This document shows, piece by piece, positions 1 through 9,028 of a stretch of 64,000 nt of DNA. This DNA comes from Chthoniobacterales bacterium (GTDB lineage Bacteria; Verrucomicrobiota; Verrucomicrobiia; Chthoniobacterales; UBA6821). A program made the position numbers and the translations under genes. Below the pieces are notes generated by a model. It did not search any database. It saw nothing but the letters and a program-made list of their open reading frames with translations, and was not told the origin of the DNA. The DNA is taken from NCBI GenBank assembly GCA_019747895.1, contig JAIEQF010000019.1, positions 71,363-135,362 on the forward strand, written 5' to 3'. Within the stretch, counting starts at the first letter, position 1; every line of letters starts with the position of its first letter.

Positions 1-95
1 GTTATTTCTAGATTGGTATTCTGATCTCTAATCGCAGAATTTTTCTTAGATCCAAAAAGTTTATGAAAGATTTTTAAGAGTGAAGGCGTTGCCAT
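1..95 (-). CDS. Partial hypothetical ORF running off the left edge (MATPSLLKIFHKLFGSKKNSAIRDQNTNLEI...)
   Basis: Reverse-strand ATG at 93-95 opens a frame with no stop down to position 1. It is truncated, so it is absent from the ORF track. No recognisable motif. Confidence 0.3.
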   Translation of the reverse strand, partial: MATPSLLKIFHKLFGSKKNSAIRDQNTNLEI

Positions 96-143
96 GAAGT
101 AATGATAGATTACAAGAGAGTTAGGACTTTGCAAGTGGAGGGT

Positions 144-1082
144 CTAATTTTCAGTAGAAGTTGAAGAATAAGTTGTGGGGGCAATACCTCTTGGTAAGAG
201 GGGAGTTTTTTCATTTTCTGAAACGAGAGGAATTGTTTTTAAGGTGTTTTGATTCTGTTCTAAGGCGCGCATTAAGAAAAAATGTGCCAGGGTATCAGGC
301 ATCAACGAGCGAGTTTGCAATAAGATGGAAGCGCAGTAAGAAATAGCAGGTAATGCATTAATAGGATCTTCGAAGGAACTTTTTTCTAGCGCTCCAGTTA
401 TAGGGTTAAGATGATGGAGTGCTTGTTCACCATGATCATCAGTAACAAATTGAAAATTTTTTCTTTCTATTGATTCTCTTGAGGGTGATGGATCCATGGA
501 CTGCAGGAGAGCGCTTTGACGTAATGAACTTGCAGGTTGTTCATCTTGACGATAAACCGGATCCCAGAAGGTTGTTTCTTTTTTTTTCATAAAAAGAATT
601 TGAGGTAGCTGTTTTTTAGAAATATTGGCAGCTGTGTGCCATTTCTTGCAGCCAGGACAATAGCTCAGCGTTTTAAAAAGCAGTGATGATGGTTCGGGTA
701 AAGTTGGCTTGGGTGAGGTGCTATTTCTTTTTTCTGAGATAGTAGCTGGATTAGGACTGCGGCTGATCGCTGCTGAGGAATCTTGTGGCTCAAAATTTCT
801 TCGTTGTTGCTGAGTAAGATCATCAGCTGATAGAGGCTTTTTTTCAGGATTTTCTTTATTTAAAAACACCATCAACGGCGAAGAATTTTTTTGAGAGATG
901 ACGACATAGCGACTCTCTTTTTCCTTTAAAGCAGGATCTGTTTCTTGATCGTTGTTGAGAGTCAATGAGGCTTCATCATCGTTGATGGCCATGGGAGGAT
1001 TTTCTGGAAGCGTTGTGCTGCCTTCTTCAGTAGCATGGAGAGCAAAAGTAAAAGCTAATAAAAATGGAATAAAAAATTTCAT
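144..1082 (-). CDS. Secreted S/P/T/Q-rich protein of unknown function
   Basis: ORF 144..1139 trimmed to the internal ATG at 1082, which begins a signal-peptide-like MKFFIPFLLAFTFALHA. Long low-complexity S/P-rich stretches and one CPGCKKWH motif. No family recognised. Confidence 0.6.
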   Translation of the reverse strand: MKFFIPFLLAFTFALHATEEGSTTLPENPPMAINDDEASLTLNNDQETDPALKEKESRYVVISQKNSSPLMVFLNKENPEKKPLSADDLTQQQRRNFEPQDSSAAISRSPNPATISEKRNSTSPKPTLPEPSSLLFKTLSYCPGCKKWHTAANISKKQLPQILFMKKKETTFWDPVYRQDEQPASSLRQSALLQSMDPSPSRESIERKNFQFVTDDHGEQALHHLNPITGALEKSSFEDPINALPAISYCASILLQTRSLMPDTLAHFFLMRALEQNQNTLKTIPLVSENEKTPLLPRGIAPTTYSSTSTEN

Positions 1083-1283
1083 GATAAAAAAATGTTGAGG
1101 TATGATGGAGGTCGCGGTAAAGCGCGAGGGAGCACCCAAGTGTGAACAAGTGCCTCGAATTATTTCGGGGCATAGTCAAAGTGAAGGATATGGCGGCGCT
1201 AGCTGAATCCCCGATTTCACGGGGATGCCACCACTCTGTGGTGGCAACTATCGCACAGCGGTTCTGAAGCCTAGCGATGCACG

Positions 1284-1688
1284 CTAAGCGATGCGCGGCG
1301 GCTGAAGAAGGGGCCTCATGATAGGGCCACCATAAAAACTTTTCCTGATTCGAGGAAAGTGAAAGGAGGTTGGAAAAATTTTTGAAAAAGAAAAAAGTTG
1401 TTCTAAAACTCCTTCTTTCTTTTTGAAGATTTCATTCACGAAATCATTTTTCTTTTCTTGCTGTTTGGCATATTCGATTTTTTTACAAAGAGAGCAGCGA
1501 TATTTTCCACTAAATGTTTTTTCCACTGCCGAAGAAAAAGAACCTTGTGAGGAATACGACTGAATCATCCGTCCCCAAGCAACACTTTGAAGAACGGCCC
1601 AGTGTCCTCCGCTCAGGGAAAAGAGTGCCATGGCAATGAAGAGAGTGCCAATGAAGCGGAGGGAAGGCTGGAGGTTAATGCTGAGCAT
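1284..1688 (-). CDS. Small membrane protein with CxxC motif, unknown function
   Basis: 134-aa ORF with an N-terminal hydrophobic helix (FIGTLFIAMALFSL), then GGHWAVLQSVAW and CSLCKK. The 3' end runs into a GC-rich repeat. Confidence 0.5.
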   Translation of the reverse strand: MLSINLQPSLRFIGTLFIAMALFSLSGGHWAVLQSVAWGRMIQSYSSQGSFSSAVEKTFSGKYRCSLCKKIEYAKQQEKKNDFVNEIFKKKEGVLEQLFSFSKIFPTSFHFPRIRKSFYGGPIMRPLLQPPRIA

Positions 1689-1696
1689 CAGGAAAT

Positions 1697-1860
1697 TAAT
1701 ACCATCTTTAATAAATAACTGGATTATATGACGCAGGAGTTTTTGTGTTGAGCAAGGCGAAAGAGCGTAGCGCTATGTATCATAACGTAAGCTCTGACAA
1801 CGAAGCTCTGCGCAAAAAGAACAAGTTAGATGGTCCAGTTATTTATTAAAGATGGTATTA
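1697..1860. repeat. 164-bp element bounded by a near-perfect 27-nt inverted repeat; the loop carries a GC-rich family-C module
   Basis: taataccatctttaataaataactgga (1697-1723) against tccagttatttattaaagatggtatta (1834-1860), 27 of 28 complementary when extended by one base. The loop (about 1741-1815) resembles the reverse complement of 23650-23740. Confidence 0.85.
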
Positions 1861-1899
1861 GTTAACAAGAAGAGTTGCTGCCAAGCGAGAAAATTTTTC

Positions 1900-1928
1900 T
1901 TGGTACGTTTCAAACAAAAGTGTATAAT
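1900..1928 (+). promoter_or_regulatory. Candidate sigma-70-type promoter for tRNA-Lys (extended -10)
   Basis: TTGGTA (1900-1905), a 17-nt spacer ending in TG, then TATAAT (1923-1928). About 80 nt upstream of the tRNA on the same strand. Confidence 0.45.
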
Positions 1929-2011
1929 GACATCCTGCAAATTGCTTCGCTCTTAGTTTAAGGAATGAGTTAAAGTTTAAATTTTAAACTTCGACTGCTG
2001 CGAAGCAACAT

Positions 2012-2083
<72 letters not shown>

Positions 2084-2107
2084 CTTCATCGCGAAGCGAT
2101 GAAGTTT
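2084..2107 (+). terminator. 9-bp stem / GAA triloop hairpin directly after the tRNA
   Basis: cttcatcgc-gaa-gcgatgaag followed by ttt. The U tract is short, so function as an intrinsic terminator or processing site is uncertain. Confidence 0.45.
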
Positions 2108-2253
2108 AAGTGAAAAGTATTAATGAAGTTTTTTTTGAGAAGATATGATTTCCTCTCAACAGCCGCATTAGCGGCGCTCAACAGCTGCTTCTTTATTCCC
2201 GCCTTCGCGGGAATATGACGCAGCGGCTCAACATATCAACTTCTGCCAAGCGG

Positions 2254-2805
2254 CTACTCGCTCGGTGTATAAGGAGTGACCTTCGTTCCTTGCAGTGAAA
2301 TACCAGCCATGAGGCCTTTTTGATTAAAGAAGAAAGCATAAATATCTTTTTGCAAGGTTGTCGTTGAAAGGCCGGCAGCCACTCCCATGTCAACAATAGT
2401 GAGGTTCGGAGCACCACCTAATTCAAAACCATCGCTCTTGTTAAGATAGTTGAGCGCTTTGGTATTCATGAAAAAGAGCGCATAGCCAAATTTTTGTAAG
2501 CCTGCTTGCAAACCCCAGGAGACTGCAGTGCTGTTGTAATAACCAGCAACCGTTCCGCCCGTAAATAAAACGCCGTCGCCACGTTGACCTCCAAACATAA
2601 ATCCACCTTTCCAAATCCCAGGAAAAACTAAAATGCCGACAGCTTGATCTCCAACGATACGTGCTTTCGGATTTTTCTTATAGAGTTCTTCGAGTGCTTT
2701 GCGACCTTCCTTTTCTAATTTATGAGCGCTGGCTGCCATGGCAGAAGCTCCAGCAAATAAAGAAAAGGCAAGAATCAAGGCGAGTAGGATGTTTTTTTTG
2801 ATCAT
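2254..2805 (-). CDS. SYLF (YSC84/DUF500) domain protein with signal peptide
   Basis: Signal peptide MIKKNILLALILAFSLFAGASAMA. Glycine-rich core GILVFPGIWKGGFMFGGQRGDGVLF...SWGLQAGLQKFGYALFF is typical of the family. Confidence 0.8.
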   Translation of the reverse strand: MIKKNILLALILAFSLFAGASAMAASAHKLEKEGRKALEELYKKNPKARIVGDQAVGILVFPGIWKGGFMFGGQRGDGVLFTGGTVAGYYNSTAVSWGLQAGLQKFGYALFFMNTKALNYLNKSDGFELGGAPNLTIVDMGVAAGLSTTTLQKDIYAFFFNQKGLMAGISLQGTKVTPYTPSE

Positions 2806-2883
2806 AGTGGCAGGTTGTTTTTTAAATGACTGATTTAGTTCTAAGGAAGGTGATCGACTCTGTCAACGAAGGAAACAATGAAA

Positions 2884-2996
2884 GAAGAAATTAGCGACAA
2901 AGAACACAAAGAAATCAAAGAAAAAAACTGCCTTTAATTTCTAGAATTTTTTTATAAAAAAATTCTTTCTTTGTGTTCTTTGTGGCTATTCTCTTC
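2884..2996. repeat. Word-arm hairpin element, CACAAAGAA class (between catalase stop and SYLF gene)
   Basis: Left arm gaagaaattagcgacaaagaacacaaagaaatcaaagaa, right arm ttctttctttgtgttctttgtggctattctcttc. The loop contains a perfect 11-bp palindrome, agaattttttt/aaaaaaattct. Confidence 0.85.
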
Positions 2997-3031
2997 TTCT
3001 TGCCTTGTAACTCAACCTGTTGCAAAGCAGC

Positions 3032-4471
3032 TTAACTGCTGCGAAGCAGCTTTCTCACTCCCTTGCCATAAGCAGGGTCGGCTTGATCGAAGAGAAGGCA
3101 TTGTCGCTCCTGGATTTCTTTTGGAACTCCGTTCATGGCTGCGGCAATGTTGGCGAAGAGACGCTCTTGTTCATCAGGTGGCATTAAGCGAAAAAGATTT
3201 CCGGCTTGAGTGAAATTATCATTGCCCTCATTTCCATTGTAACGATCGGCGGCGACATGGCCGAGATCCTGAGGCGGTTCAGCAAAACTCGGGTCTTCCT
3301 TTGGTCCGTTAAAACTATTTGGTTCGTAATAGGCGTCTCCCATCGTTGGTTCATCAAAACGCATCGCCCCGTCATGATGATAGGTCGCCATCGGGCATTT
3401 AGGACGATTGACTGGCAGCATTTCATAATGGGTTCCCAGACGATGACGATGAGCGTCGGCGTAGCTAAAGACGCGGGCTTGGAGCATCTTGTCAGGTGAG
3501 AAGCTGATGCCAGGAACGATGTTGGATGGCGAGAAAGCTGCTTGCTCAATTTCCGCAAAATAATTTTCAGGATTGCGATTCAATTCCAACATACCCACAT
3601 CGATGACCGGATAATCTTGGTGAGGCCAAACTTTGGTGAGATCAAACGGATTGAAACTGCAGGTGGCAGCTTGCTCTTCCGTCATGACTTGAACTTGCAT
3701 TTTCCAACGTGGAAAATTTTTTACCTCGATCGATTCAACGAGATCACGCTGGTTGCTTTCACGATCTTGGCCGATCAGTTTTTCTGATTCGGCATTAGTC
3801 ATGAATTTAATGCCTTGTTGCGTTTTAAAATGAAACTTTACCCAATGACGCTTTCCTTCTTTGCTGATGAGGCTGTAGGTATGGCTCCCGTAACCATTCA
3901 TGTGACGAAAGTTGAGAGGGATGCCGCGATCGGAAAACAGAATCGTAACTTGATGGAGGCTCTCAGGGGAGAGAGACCAAAAATCCCACATCGCGGTTGT
4001 GCTGCGAAGATGAGTTTTTGGATGACGTTTTTGAGTGTGGATGAAGTCTGGAAATTTGTAAGGGTCACGTACAAAAAAGACCGGCGTGTTGTTCCCAACA
4101 AGATCCCAGTTTCCTTCTTTGGTATAAAACTTCATTGCAAATCCGCGCACATCGCGCTCGGCATCGGCGGCGCCGAGTTCTCCAGCGACTGTGGAAAAAC
4201 GAACGAGGCATTCGGTCTTCGTGTTCGGTTGTAGCGCTTGAGCTCGGGTATATTTTGAAATATCGCCCGTGATCGTGAGCGTCCCATAAGCGCCGGAACC
4301 TTTGGCATGAACGGTCCGTTCAGGAATGCGCTCGCGATTTTGATGCGCTAGTTTTTCGAGAAGTTGAAAGTCGGTCATCAAAAGTGGCCCGCGTGGACCA
4401 GCAGTGAGACTATGTTGGTTGGTGGCAAAGGGGCAGCCGGCGGTGGTCGTGATGGTTTTGTTGGAGTTCAT
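3032..4471 (-). CDS. katA: Monofunctional heme catalase (about 479 aa, small-subunit type)
   Basis: ORF 3032..4570 trimmed to the ATG at 4471 ([15 protein letters not shown]...); the extension lies in a repeat arm. Family motifs RERIPERVVHAKG-like ([18 protein letters not shown]), FSTVAGE and [14 protein letters not shown]. Confidence 0.93.
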   Translation of the reverse strand: MNSNKTITTTAGCPFATNQHSLTAGPRGPLLMTDFQLLEKLAHQNRERIPERTVHAKGSGAYGTLTITGDISKYTRAQALQPNTKTECLVRFSTVAGELGAADAERDVRGFAMKFYTKEGNWDLVGNNTPVFFVRDPYKFPDFIHTQKRHPKTHLRSTTAMWDFWSLSPESLHQVTILFSDRGIPLNFRHMNGYGSHTYSLISKEGKRHWVKFHFKTQQGIKFMTNAESEKLIGQDRESNQRDLVESIEVKNFPRWKMQVQVMTEEQAATCSFNPFDLTKVWPHQDYPVIDVGMLELNRNPENYFAEIEQAAFSPSNIVPGISFSPDKMLQARVFSYADAHRHRLGTHYEMLPVNRPKCPMATYHHDGAMRFDEPTMGDAYYEPNSFNGPKEDPSFAEPPQDLGHVAADRYNGNEGNDNFTQAGNLFRLMPPDEQERLFANIAAAMNGVPKEIQERQCLLFDQADPAYGKGVRKLLRSS

Positions 4472-4538
4472 AAAAATGGATGGTTTTATAATATAAAAAA
4501 TATTTAACCGCAAAGTAGCGCAAAAAATTTTAGAAAAA

Positions 4539-4604
4539 GAAATAGCCACAAAAGAACACAAAGAACACAAAAAAGTTCCTTTGTGTTCTTTTGTGGCTAT
4601 TCTC
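4539..4604. repeat. Word-arm hairpin, CACAAAGAA class, tight loop
   Basis: gaaatagccacaaaagaacacaaagaacacaaaaaa - gttcc - tttgtgttcttttgtggctattctc. One extra word in the left arm gives a bulge. Confidence 0.85.
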
Positions 4605-4644
4605 TTCTTTGCCTTGCGTTCTTTTTTGTTATCTTCTTTCTCTC

Positions 4645-5817
4645 ATGACTAAAAAACAACTCCAACTTGGGACGCTCCTTTTTGCCGTCTTCATTGATAT
4701 GTTGGGGTTTGGAATTGTGATGCCGATTTTGCCGCGTTATGCTGAAATGCTTGGAGCTCCTGCGTGGCAGATTGGATGGGTGATGGGAATTTTTTCTTTG
4801 GCACAATTAATCATGCTGCCGTTTTGGGGGCATCTTTCCGACCGCATCGGGCGTAAGCCTGTTTTGGTGATTAGCATGTTAGGAACGGCTGTTGGATACT
4901 TGATCATGGGAGTGGCACATTCCATGACGATGGTGCTTTTAGGGCGAGCTCTTGATGGAGCTGCTGGAGGTAACATCAGTGTGATTCAGGCTTCTGTGTC
5001 CGATCTCACAACGCCTGAAGAGCGCGCTGGCATGATGGGAAAAATAGGAGCTGCTTACGGGTTTGGATTTATTTTTGGACCAGCCTTAGGAGGATGGAGT
5101 GCCTATTATTGGGGAGGAGCAGCTCCGATGCTGATAGGAGCTTGTTTAGCAGCTTTGAACGTCTTTCTCATTTTAGCAATTCTTCCGGAGCCACTGAAAG
5201 AAAAGAAAATGAAAGGGGAAGGGCATCCTCCGCTTTGGAAAATTTTAGAACATGTCGACAAGAAAAAATATCTTCCGGCTGTTGCAACTTTTTTTTGTTT
5301 TGTGGTTGGATTTTCAATGATGATGACGTTGTTGGCTCTTTTTTTCTATCATCGTTATGGAGTCAATGAACTCAAGGTAGGATACGTTTACACGATGTTT
5401 GGGATTATTGCGATTGTGCTTGAGGGAGGGCTGTTTGGATTTTTATCACAAAAGTTTAGTAGTCGCAGAATTGCCACTATTGGTGCGCTTCTATTGGTAG
5501 GAGCTTCTTTTGTTATGCCACTAACCTGGAGTACAGCAATGGCCGTTGGCTGTTGTGCGATCTTGGCCATTGGTGATAGCTTGTTGACACCGGTGCTTCC
5601 CACCGTTGTCTCAAAAAGCGCCAAGGAACAATGGCAAGGAGCAGCTTTTGGATTTTACCAATCAGCTGGTTGTTTAGCTCGTTGTGTCGGACCAGTGATG
5701 GCAGGGTCGTTTCTTGCCATTAATCTCCAAGGTCCTCATTATGCCTTAACTTCTTTTTGGATTGCTTCAGGATTTTTGCTGATTTCTTTTTTCTTTTCGC
5801 TCAGACTCCCTAAATGA
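4645..5817 (+). CDS. MFS transporter (12-TM, tetracycline-resistance-like subfamily)
   Basis: ORF 4591.. trimmed to the ATG at 4645 (MTKKQLQLGTLLFAVFIDMLGFGIVMPILP). GHLSDRIGRKPVL is the MFS loop 2-3 motif. Confidence 0.85.
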   Translation: MTKKQLQLGTLLFAVFIDMLGFGIVMPILPRYAEMLGAPAWQIGWVMGIFSLAQLIMLPFWGHLSDRIGRKPVLVISMLGTAVGYLIMGVAHSMTMVLLGRALDGAAGGNISVIQASVSDLTTPEERAGMMGKIGAAYGFGFIFGPALGGWSAYYWGGAAPMLIGACLAALNVFLILAILPEPLKEKKMKGEGHPPLWKILEHVDKKKYLPAVATFFCFVVGFSMMMTLLALFFYHRYGVNELKVGYVYTMFGIIAIVLEGGLFGFLSQKFSSRRIATIGALLLVGASFVMPLTWSTAMAVGCCAILAIGDSLLTPVLPTVVSKSAKEQWQGAAFGFYQSAGCLARCVGPVMAGSFLAINLQGPHYALTSFWIASGFLLISFFFSLRLPK

Positions 5818-6521
5818 TCTTGGATTTTTTAAATTGGCAATCGCTTATCTTGCTGAGTGTTTTAGTCGGCTTAGAATTAGTTTTAGGAATCGACAATATT
5901 CTTGTGATTTCCTTGGTAGTGGAGCCGCTCCCTTTTCACTTGCGGCAACGGGCTCGACGCCTTGGGTTGTTGGTTGCTCTCCTTTTAAGAATTTTATTTA
6001 TTTCAGGAGTTCTTTCTTTGGTGAGACTCACGACTCCATGCATTGGTTATTTTTCTGTGAGGGATTTATTTCTTTTAACTGGAGGAATGTTCTTAATGGC
6101 TAAAGGAGTTTTTGAGCTTTATGACATGTTGTTTCATAAGAAAAAAGAAGAGGTTAAACATCATATTGGGAAAAACGCGTTAACAGCTGCTGTGATACAA
6201 ATCATGATGCTCGACTTGCTTTTTTCTATTGATTCAGTAATCACAGCGGTCGGATTGACTCGTCATCTTACAATTATTATTGTTGCAGTGGTTCTCTCTT
6301 TCCTTGCTGTTTTGTGCTATGTCGGGCCGCTCGGAGAATTTATTTTAAAATATCCGTCGCTCAAAATTTTAGCATTAACGTTTTTAGTGCTGATTGGTGC
6401 CAATTTAATTCTTCAAGGATTGCGGTATCATTTTCCAGAAGAGGGGATCTACATTGCCATTGTTTTTGCTGTTGTTGTCGAATTGTTGCAGATGCTCTAT
6501 CAAAAGAATCATGACTCTTAA
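5814..6521 (+). CDS. TerC/YjbE-family integral membrane protein
   Basis: Start overlaps the MFS stop by 4 nt (ATGA). LELVLGIDNILVISL and LDLLFSIDSVITAVG are the duplicated TerC-type motifs. Confidence 0.8.
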   Translation: MILDFLNWQSLILLSVLVGLELVLGIDNILVISLVVEPLPFHLRQRARRLGLLVALLLRILFISGVLSLVRLTTPCIGYFSVRDLFLLTGGMFLMAKGVFELYDMLFHKKKEEVKHHIGKNALTAAVIQIMMLDLLFSIDSVITAVGLTRHLTIIIVAVVLSFLAVLCYVGPLGEFILKYPSLKILALTFLVLIGANLILQGLRYHFPEEGIYIAIVFAVVVELLQMLYQKNHDS

Positions 6522-6586
6522 TTAGGGCGAATGGACGTGATCTCTAAAAATATTTTTGTTTGATGACTAAGCTTATTGGGAAAAAA

Positions 6587-6755
6587 GGTTGCAGGTGACA
6601 GGTTGCAGGTGACAGGAGAAGTATGTTTGCCTGTAGCAAAACGGATAATTTTTTTCTCAGAATACATCAAAGTTGAAAAAAGTGCTTTTATTGGCGAATC
6701 ATTTTTATCGAAGAGCTAATTTTTACCTGTAACCTGTAACCTGCAACCTGTAGCC
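6587..6755. repeat. Word-arm hairpin, ACAGGTT class
   Basis: Left arm ggttgcaggtgacaggttgcaggtgacagg, right arm acctgtaacctgtaacctgcaacctgtagcc, with an AT-rich loop of about 108 nt. Confidence 0.85.
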
Positions 6756-6804
6756 TTAGAGCTTTCCGGAAAAACGGGAAAATAATTTTTTTGGAAAGCT
6801 CTAA
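6756..6804. repeat. Perfect 12-bp inverted repeat ending 2 nt before the HAD start codon
   Basis: ttagagctttcc (6756-6767) against ggaaagctctaa (6793-6804). Confidence 0.8.
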
Positions 6805-6806
6805 TT

Positions 6807-7619
6807 ATGCCCGCAGTAAAACTCCTCAGTACTGATTTTGATGGCACTTTAATTGATCCTTTACAGAATGATTTAGTTTCATCCTTTCCGCCTAAAGAAC
6901 GATGTGATTCCTTGCTCGCTGTGGAATTACAAGAAGCCGTGCAACAAGGTAGTCTCTGGGTGATTAATACAGGTCGATCACTTGATCTGCTGCTCTTGGG
7001 GCTAGAGCATTTCGATGCTCCGGTAAAACCTCATTATCTCATTACTAGCGAGCGACACATTTATCGTTATCATGAGAATGGTGATGCAGAAGCGCTTGGA
7101 GATTGGAATCGACGATGTGATGAAGAACATGACGTTCTTTTTAAAACATCAGGGGTTTTTTTCGAACGAGTGTGTCAACTCATTGCTGAATATGGAGAGG
7201 AAGCGGTTTTTTTAGAAAATGCTAGTGGGGTTCTTGATGAACTTTTAGTTAGGGATGAGGCGTTGCTTGATGAGCTTTCCATCAGGCTTTTAGAGTTGCC
7301 TGGACGACCTGAGGAATTTTGTTTTCAACGAAGTCATGTCCATCTTCACTTTTGTCATGGATCTTACAACAAAGGATCCTCGCTTAGCGAACTAAGCCGA
7401 CTCTTATCCATCAATCCTGAACACATTCTCGCGATTGGTGATTATCACAATGATATTACGATGCTGACAGGTGAGGTCGCAACAATGGTTGCCTGTCCTT
7501 CGAATGCGCACGATGCTGTCAAACAAACGGTCAAAAAAGCAGGGGGACATGTTTCATTGCATCCAAGTAGCCGAGGAACAGCGGAGGCGATTAGTTTCTA
7601 TAGAAATTACTGTTCTTGA
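6807..7619 (+). CDS. HAD-superfamily hydrolase, Cof-like (subfamily IIB)
   Basis: Motif I LSTDFDGTLI and motif IV IGDYHNDITML, with a cap domain of IIB size. Confidence 0.8.
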   Translation: MPAVKLLSTDFDGTLIDPLQNDLVSSFPPKERCDSLLAVELQEAVQQGSLWVINTGRSLDLLLLGLEHFDAPVKPHYLITSERHIYRYHENGDAEALGDWNRRCDEEHDVLFKTSGVFFERVCQLIAEYGEEAVFLENASGVLDELLVRDEALLDELSIRLLELPGRPEEFCFQRSHVHLHFCHGSYNKGSSLSELSRLLSINPEHILAIGDYHNDITMLTGEVATMVACPSNAHDAVKQTVKKAGGHVSLHPSSRGTAEAISFYRNYCS

Positions 7620-7663
7620 AGTTAATCGACTTCATTGCTTGATAGCATTTATTTAATTGCAAT

Positions 7664-7844
7664 AGTTTGAGTGCTGTAGTTTGAGTTGCAATTCGCTCGC
7701 GCCCGCGAGGCTCACCCCTTCGGTGCTGCCTTCAGTATTTGATCCCGCGGCTGCCATGCCGCACGTATTAAAAGGCGCTTTGCGCTTTATTTTTTAAATA
7801 TGCGAAGCCTAGATAACTCAAACTCAAACTACAGTACTCAAACT
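7664..7844. repeat. Word-arm hairpin, TTTGAGT class, with a B-module in the loop
   Basis: agtttgagtgctgtagtttgagtt (7664-7687) against the reverse complement of 7821-7844, 1 mismatch in 24. Confidence 0.9.
7693..7770 (+). repeat. GC-rich B-module, copy 1 of 5
   Basis: tcgctcgcgcccgcgaggctcaccccttcggtgctgccttcag...gatcccgcggctgccatgccgcacgtatta. It aligns with 17748-17825, 20892-20969, 34056-34134 and 55689-55766. Confidence 0.85.
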
Positions 7845-7873
7845 GCTGCGGCGCATGCGAAGCAGCGATGCAG

Positions 7874-8260
7874 CTATTGCCGAATACGGAAATGTCCTGC
7901 GTCCACTTTTTCAATTTCTTCCATCTTCTTTCCAATATTACTAAACCAGACATGGATGCTGGCACTCGTGGCATTAATTTTTTTTGAGAGTTCAGAAACT
8001 TTTAGTCCAGTAGGGCCTGCTTCAGTTAATGATTGAAGAATGTTTTGCTTCATCATTCCTCTTCCGAGTCTCTTGGTGGGAGTGATTTTTTTAGTGCCTC
8101 GATCTTTTTTAGTCGCGGAGCCACGAAAGGAAGTATGTCCGTGAAGGTGAGAAAGGATTTCGTTCTCAATTTTTTCGAGCTCTTGAACTAAAGCTTCTTT
8201 TCTTTCCGAGAGTTTTAGCAATTGCCGTAAGACATCGGTATTTAATTTGGAAAAGTTCAT
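7874..8260 (-). CDS. Small basic protein, possible winged-helix DNA-binding protein
   Basis: ORF 7874..8401 trimmed to the ATG at 8260 (MNFSKLNTDVLRQLL...) because the extension overlaps the divergent PPTase gene. Coiled-coil N-terminus, basic linker and an HTH-like C-terminus. Function is a guess. Confidence 0.45.
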   Translation of the reverse strand: MNFSKLNTDVLRQLLKLSERKEALVQELEKIENEILSHLHGHTSFRGSATKKDRGTKKITPTKRLGRGMMKQNILQSLTEAGPTGLKVSELSKKINATSASIHVWFSNIGKKMEEIEKVDAGHFRIRQ

Positions 8261-8284
8261 AAGTAAGTATAATTTAATGGCTCG

Positions 8285-9028
8285 ATGAAAAATGCTATTT
8301 GTTTTGAAAATAATAAAAACATTATTTTTCATACTCATCCTGGAGAGTCCTGCAGTTTGCTTCCTGGAGACGTTCATCTGTGGCTTGCCACGGTTAACCA
8401 TGTTCCTGAGCTCTCGCTATCAGTTGATGAACAAATAAAATTGAGTGCCATGAAGCTTCCTTTCGTAGCACGTCGCTTTGAGAGCACGCGAAAATTATTA
8501 AGATACTTGTTGGGCGTCTACTTGAAATGTCCCGATGGGCGCATTGAAAAAACAGATCAAGGAAAACCATTTTTGCCGGAGTTTCCAGAATTTCATTTTA
8601 ATGTTACTCATTCAAAAAAAATGATCATGGTAGCCCTGAGCAGAGGGTCAGTTGGCGTCGATTTGGAGAGGCTGCGAAAAATCGATCTGGTTTCTGTTGC
8701 TAAGCGTTTTTTTTCTCCTCAAGAATTACTTTTTTTACAGGAAGAAGGGCAGGAGCAAAATCAACAAACGTTTTTTAAACTTTGGACTGCCAAAGAAGCT
8801 GCATTAAAGGCTGATGGGGGAGGGATAGCCTTCGGAATGAAAAATAATGTTGCTACCATGGAGGAAGCCCATGTGCGCTCTATTGTTTTGAACAAACGAT
8901 CTTGGGAGATTAGCTCTTGGCGGCTTGAGGCAGGATCAGAATTCTTTTTCGGAGCGATTGCGACCCCCTTTGTTCCAGCTGTTATTCACTGGTATGATCT
9001 GAGAACGTTTGATAAGGTTAACAGCTAA
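8285..9028 (+). CDS. 4'-phosphopantetheinyl transferase (Sfp type)
   Basis: FHFNVTHSKKMIMVALSRGSVGVDLERL and FFKLWTAKEAALKADGGG match the PPTase motifs (G-x-D and W-x-x-KEA-x-x-K). Confidence 0.85.
   Translation: MKNAICFENNKNIIFHTHPGESCSLLPGDVHLWLATVNHVPELSLSVDEQIKLSAMKLPFVARRFESTRKLLRYLLGVYLKCPDGRIEKTDQGKPFLPEFPEFHFNVTHSKKMIMVALSRGSVGVDLERLRKIDLVSVAKRFFSPQELLFLQEEGQEQNQQTFFKLWTAKEAALKADGGGIAFGMKNNVATMEEAHVRSIVLNKRSWEISSWRLEAGSEFFFGAIATPFVPAVIHWYDLRTFDKVNS

Noticed and set aside
3032-4570. N-terminal extensions offered by the ORF track for catalase, MFS, atpF, four-helix-bundle gene 1, hpt, the 57484 gene, the sulfotransferase and rph.
   Set aside because: - Each extension starts at a non-ATG or upstream codon inside a repeat arm or terminator.
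- Each adds sequence foreign to the family.
- An internal ATG gives the canonical N-terminus in every case.
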